NCBI GenBank assembly: GCA_038496445.1
Contig: JALMLS010000344.1
Location: 1 to 64,000 of the forward strand
Direction: 5' to 3'
Length of the DNA: 64,000 bases
DNA from: Trichosphaerium sp. ATCC 40318
Taxonomy: Eukaryota; Protista; Tubulinea
This document shows, piece by piece, positions 61,194 through 64,000 of this stretch. The notes beneath the pieces were generated by a model. The model ran no database searches and had not been told where the DNA came from. It worked only from the letters and a program-made list of their open reading frames with translations. The position numbers and the translations under genes were made by a program. The stretch's first letter is position 1; the number at the start of each line of letters is the position of its first letter.

Positions 61194-61761
61194 ATGTCGT
61201 TAAAACGAAAGCTCACCAATGACGGTGGCCAATATCCCAACAAACATTATAAAACTGAAAGTGACACGGAAGATGGCCAACTTGTAGAACAATACGCAAC
61301 TAACATCAATGAAGGTCTTATCAAGCTCGGTAATCGCGAAAGGCACAAGTTATTGTGGAATTTCGACAAATTAACTTGAACAAGGCTAAAAGAGTATGCT
61401 CGAGCGCGTTTAAATGAGTGTGGGTGGCGAGAGTCGATGAGACAGGCTTGCATTGGTAAATAAAAATTATTTTATCTATTATTCTCTTATCTACCAATAG
61501 AAACGATGAACAGCAAAGGGGGTAATTGTACGACTAAATTATGCAATTTAGATTATATTTACACTACCTAGGTACACTTGATGAGCTAGTACACTCCACT
61601 ACGCACAAGGGCATCGGTGAGCACTTCTAAACGACTTTATTTAACACTTTGTAGATCAAATGCCTCAATCTGTAAAAGTAGACCTCCTTATTCATCTAGT
61701 AAACCTGGTACCAAACAAAAAGGAGCCAAAGCCAAAACTAAGAGTCAAAACTGTATCATAA
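61194..61761 (+). CDS. ENY2: ENY2/Sus1 (SAGA DUB module / TREX-2 subunit)
   Basis: INEGLIKLGNRER|LKEYARARLNECGWRESMRQAC..TLDELV..MPQSVKVDLL. First intron is GC-AG at 61343. Confidence 0.85.
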
Positions 61762-61984
61762 CTTTCAAAAAACAAAAAAAGAAGTGTTCAATGTGATGCT
61801 TCTCCAATTGACACTAATAGCTGTAACATTAAAATAATCTTTGTTCAAAAAAGCACCAGTAGAGTTATCAATTCACTAAGGAATTCTTTTTGATTGTTTG
61901 TGTCGTCTTATGAAACACGTGTTTGTACTAGAAGACACCTGTTCAATCTACCTTGTTTTTATTTACATGTGCTTTTCTGGAGTC

Positions 61985-64000
61985 TTATTTATAACCCCTT
62001 GGCGGCCTTTTCACTATTATCATTGCAGTATCTAGATTACTGGTTGCTCGTACACCAGCATTTGATGGAGCGAAACGATTGGACCATATTTTTCGACGTA
62101 TGGATGGTACACTCGCAGTAACTGTTATTATAATTGCAATTACTATAACACAAACAATAATAATGACAACAGTTGTGATGAGTATGATGTGGTTACCTTC
62201 TTTGCATGTGGACGTCAATAAGACATAAAACATTGAGTTTCGTGATCCTCAAGAAAAAAATAAGAAAACAGTGCGGCATGTCTTTTTGAGTACGTTGTAG
62301 GAGTTGTAGTTCTGTACATTTATCTGGTGGAATTGCAGTGGCCGTTACATCACATTCTTCTTCCCAGTTCCAAAAGTTATAGCCTTCGAATGGAGGCAGG
62401 AACGATGTTGGTCTTATACTTAAATCTGTTACATCTGGGCACTTAAACATTGTAATATTCGTAGTTGTATCAACTTCAAAAGTGACGGTATTGATTGTGA
62501 CATTATCTATAAGTATTTAGCAACAATGAAAGTTGTATTCTGATAAACATAAGAAGAGGAAGCGCACTGATGAATATAACAGGCCCAATAACAATCACCG
62601 TTTCATTTGCGAGTGTCACTGGGTCAGGAAATACAATAACACCATTATCACAAATCGCTTTTGGGTGAATAGGCTCAGGGCAGGGTTTAGAAGGAGCTTA
62701 AGATGGTTAGCAAGTCTTTAAGGTTGGTATTGGTACCATTGCTTGCAGGTATTATCAATTCAGAAGGTCCACTGCCTTGTGACTGTTGTGTGGGAGGTAT
62801 GGGATTAGCTGTTGTTGGTGCTATGGTTGTAGGCTCGTCTGTGGAGTTTGATGGAGGAAGTGACGGTGTAGAAACAGCTTCTGTTGGAATCATCGTTGGT
62901 TCTGAAGGAGCTTCCGTTGGCGCAACAGTAGTTGGCGCTTCAGTAGGATCAATTGGGGTGAGAGTAGGCGAGGTGGTTGTCGGCGTTGGTGATAGTGTAG
63001 TTGGTTGTAAGGTTGTCGGAAGTATTGTCGGTGACAGTGTCGTTGGAGGCAACGTAGATGGAGGTGGTTCCGTAGGTGATAGCGTAGTTGGCTGTAAGGT
63101 CGTAGGGTGTATAGTTGGTGATAGTGTAGTTGGTTGTAAGGTAGTCGGATGTATTGTCGGTGACAGTGTCGTTGGAGGCAACGTGGTTGGATGAGGTTCT
63201 GTAGGTGCAACTGTGGGTGATGCAGTTGGAGGAAAATCAGGTTGACCTGATAAGAAACATTAGGTTAAAAATAGAACAATCAATTGTCTCAACAGAGTTC
63301 CAAGAAAATGTTGATTGTGGAGCTGTTCCAGTGCATACCCGGGTTTAGCATACAAAGTGATTTCATTGTTAGTTCTCCCCAATCGCTTGCATCATTGTTA
63401 TCTGTCAGGGTAGTTCTCATAGCACCAGTGGCTGTTGGAAAGTTATATCCTGATCCTGTCCATTCAGCTTCATCTGTGAACCTACCAACTTTATTTTAAT
63501 GAGTATCACGCTGAAGTAATGAAGTGTATTCGGGAAAAAAAACGTACAAAATGGCCCTAAAAGGGCATAGTCAACCTGTGTACCTGTGTCATCTCTTAGC
63601 ATGATTTCTAAACCTTCTGTTGTCGCAAAGTCTTCTATTGTGATGTCTAATTCAATCATTGGGCAATCAACACTGACGTCTACACGTCATTAGTCTACAA
63701 AAAAACAAACGAGACCGTACTTACCTTTCCTGGTTACTACCAGTAGAGAGCTTGGATAATACGTAATATCTGGAAAGGTTATCCTTGGCTGAAGTCTTGT
63801 ACCAACAGGTGTTGTTAACACAATGTCTAGAGTCCAACCACCGACATTAACGACTTCAGGGCCTGTATTGGCTAGTTCAATAGCATTTTGGTCCGTAGAT
63901 GATAAAACTCGATGTACTTCGTTTATAAGTATCTACAATAGCAAAATTTAGGATAGAGTAGCGTTTACTTGCACGTGCAGCGGTAAATACTGGATTAGTA
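61985..64000 (-). CDS. Single-pass membrane protein with mucin-like Pro/Thr stalk, 3' part (start outside window)
   Basis: Pro/Thr tandem-repeat exon at ~62690-63245. C-terminal TM IILITTVVIIIVCVIVIAIIITVTA followed by a basic stop-transfer IRRK. Confidence 0.8.
62985..63200 (-). repeat. Coding tandem repeat (PTTLSPTIHPTTLQ-type, ~42-bp units)
   Basis: Near-identical DNA units, e.g. TATTGTCGGTGACAGTGTCGTTGGAGGCAACGT near 63023 and 63153. Confidence 0.9.

Noticed and set aside
62703-63210. Val/Gly-rich plus-strand ORF and Gln/His-rich alternative-frame ORF
   Set aside because: Antisense and shifted-frame shadows of the Pro/Thr tandem-repeat exon.

Overview
This is eukaryotic nuclear DNA, not prokaryotic. 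It is AT-rich and gene-dense, with about 27 protein-coding genes split by many short (~35-250 nt) spliceosomal introns (donors GTACGT/GTATGT/GTAAGT, branch sites CTAAC/CTAAT). The ORF track therefore shows exon fragments, and I joined exons by eye, so gene ends are approximate where stated. A kinase-plus-SH2 protein of the Dictyostelium Shk type suggests an amoebozoan or similar protist (inference). Recognisable housekeeping genes: purple acid phosphatase, importin-alpha, TauE/SafE, PUS7/TruD, a WW-HECT ligase, G-alpha, SMARCC/SWI3, eIF3d and ENY2/Sus1. Most interesting: (1) an atypical block at ~35.3-39.6 kb with a MORN/YwqK-like gene, palindromic direct repeats, a Zn-binding HNH endonuclease gene and a long inverted repeat upstream of it; (2) a head-to-head pair of a repeat + PD-(D/E)XK-like nuclease and an apparently inactive RlaP-like nucleotidyltransferase; (3) an intronic C/D snoRNA candidate and widespread stem-loops in longer introns; (4) bacterial-type genes carrying introns (DUF1963, and a cyanobacteria-like methyltransferase with a seeming GT-TG intron); (5) a G-alpha with Lys in place of the catalytic Arg. 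No rRNA, tRNA, CRISPR array or intact transposase was seen. Family assignments come from motif recognition only; no searches were run.
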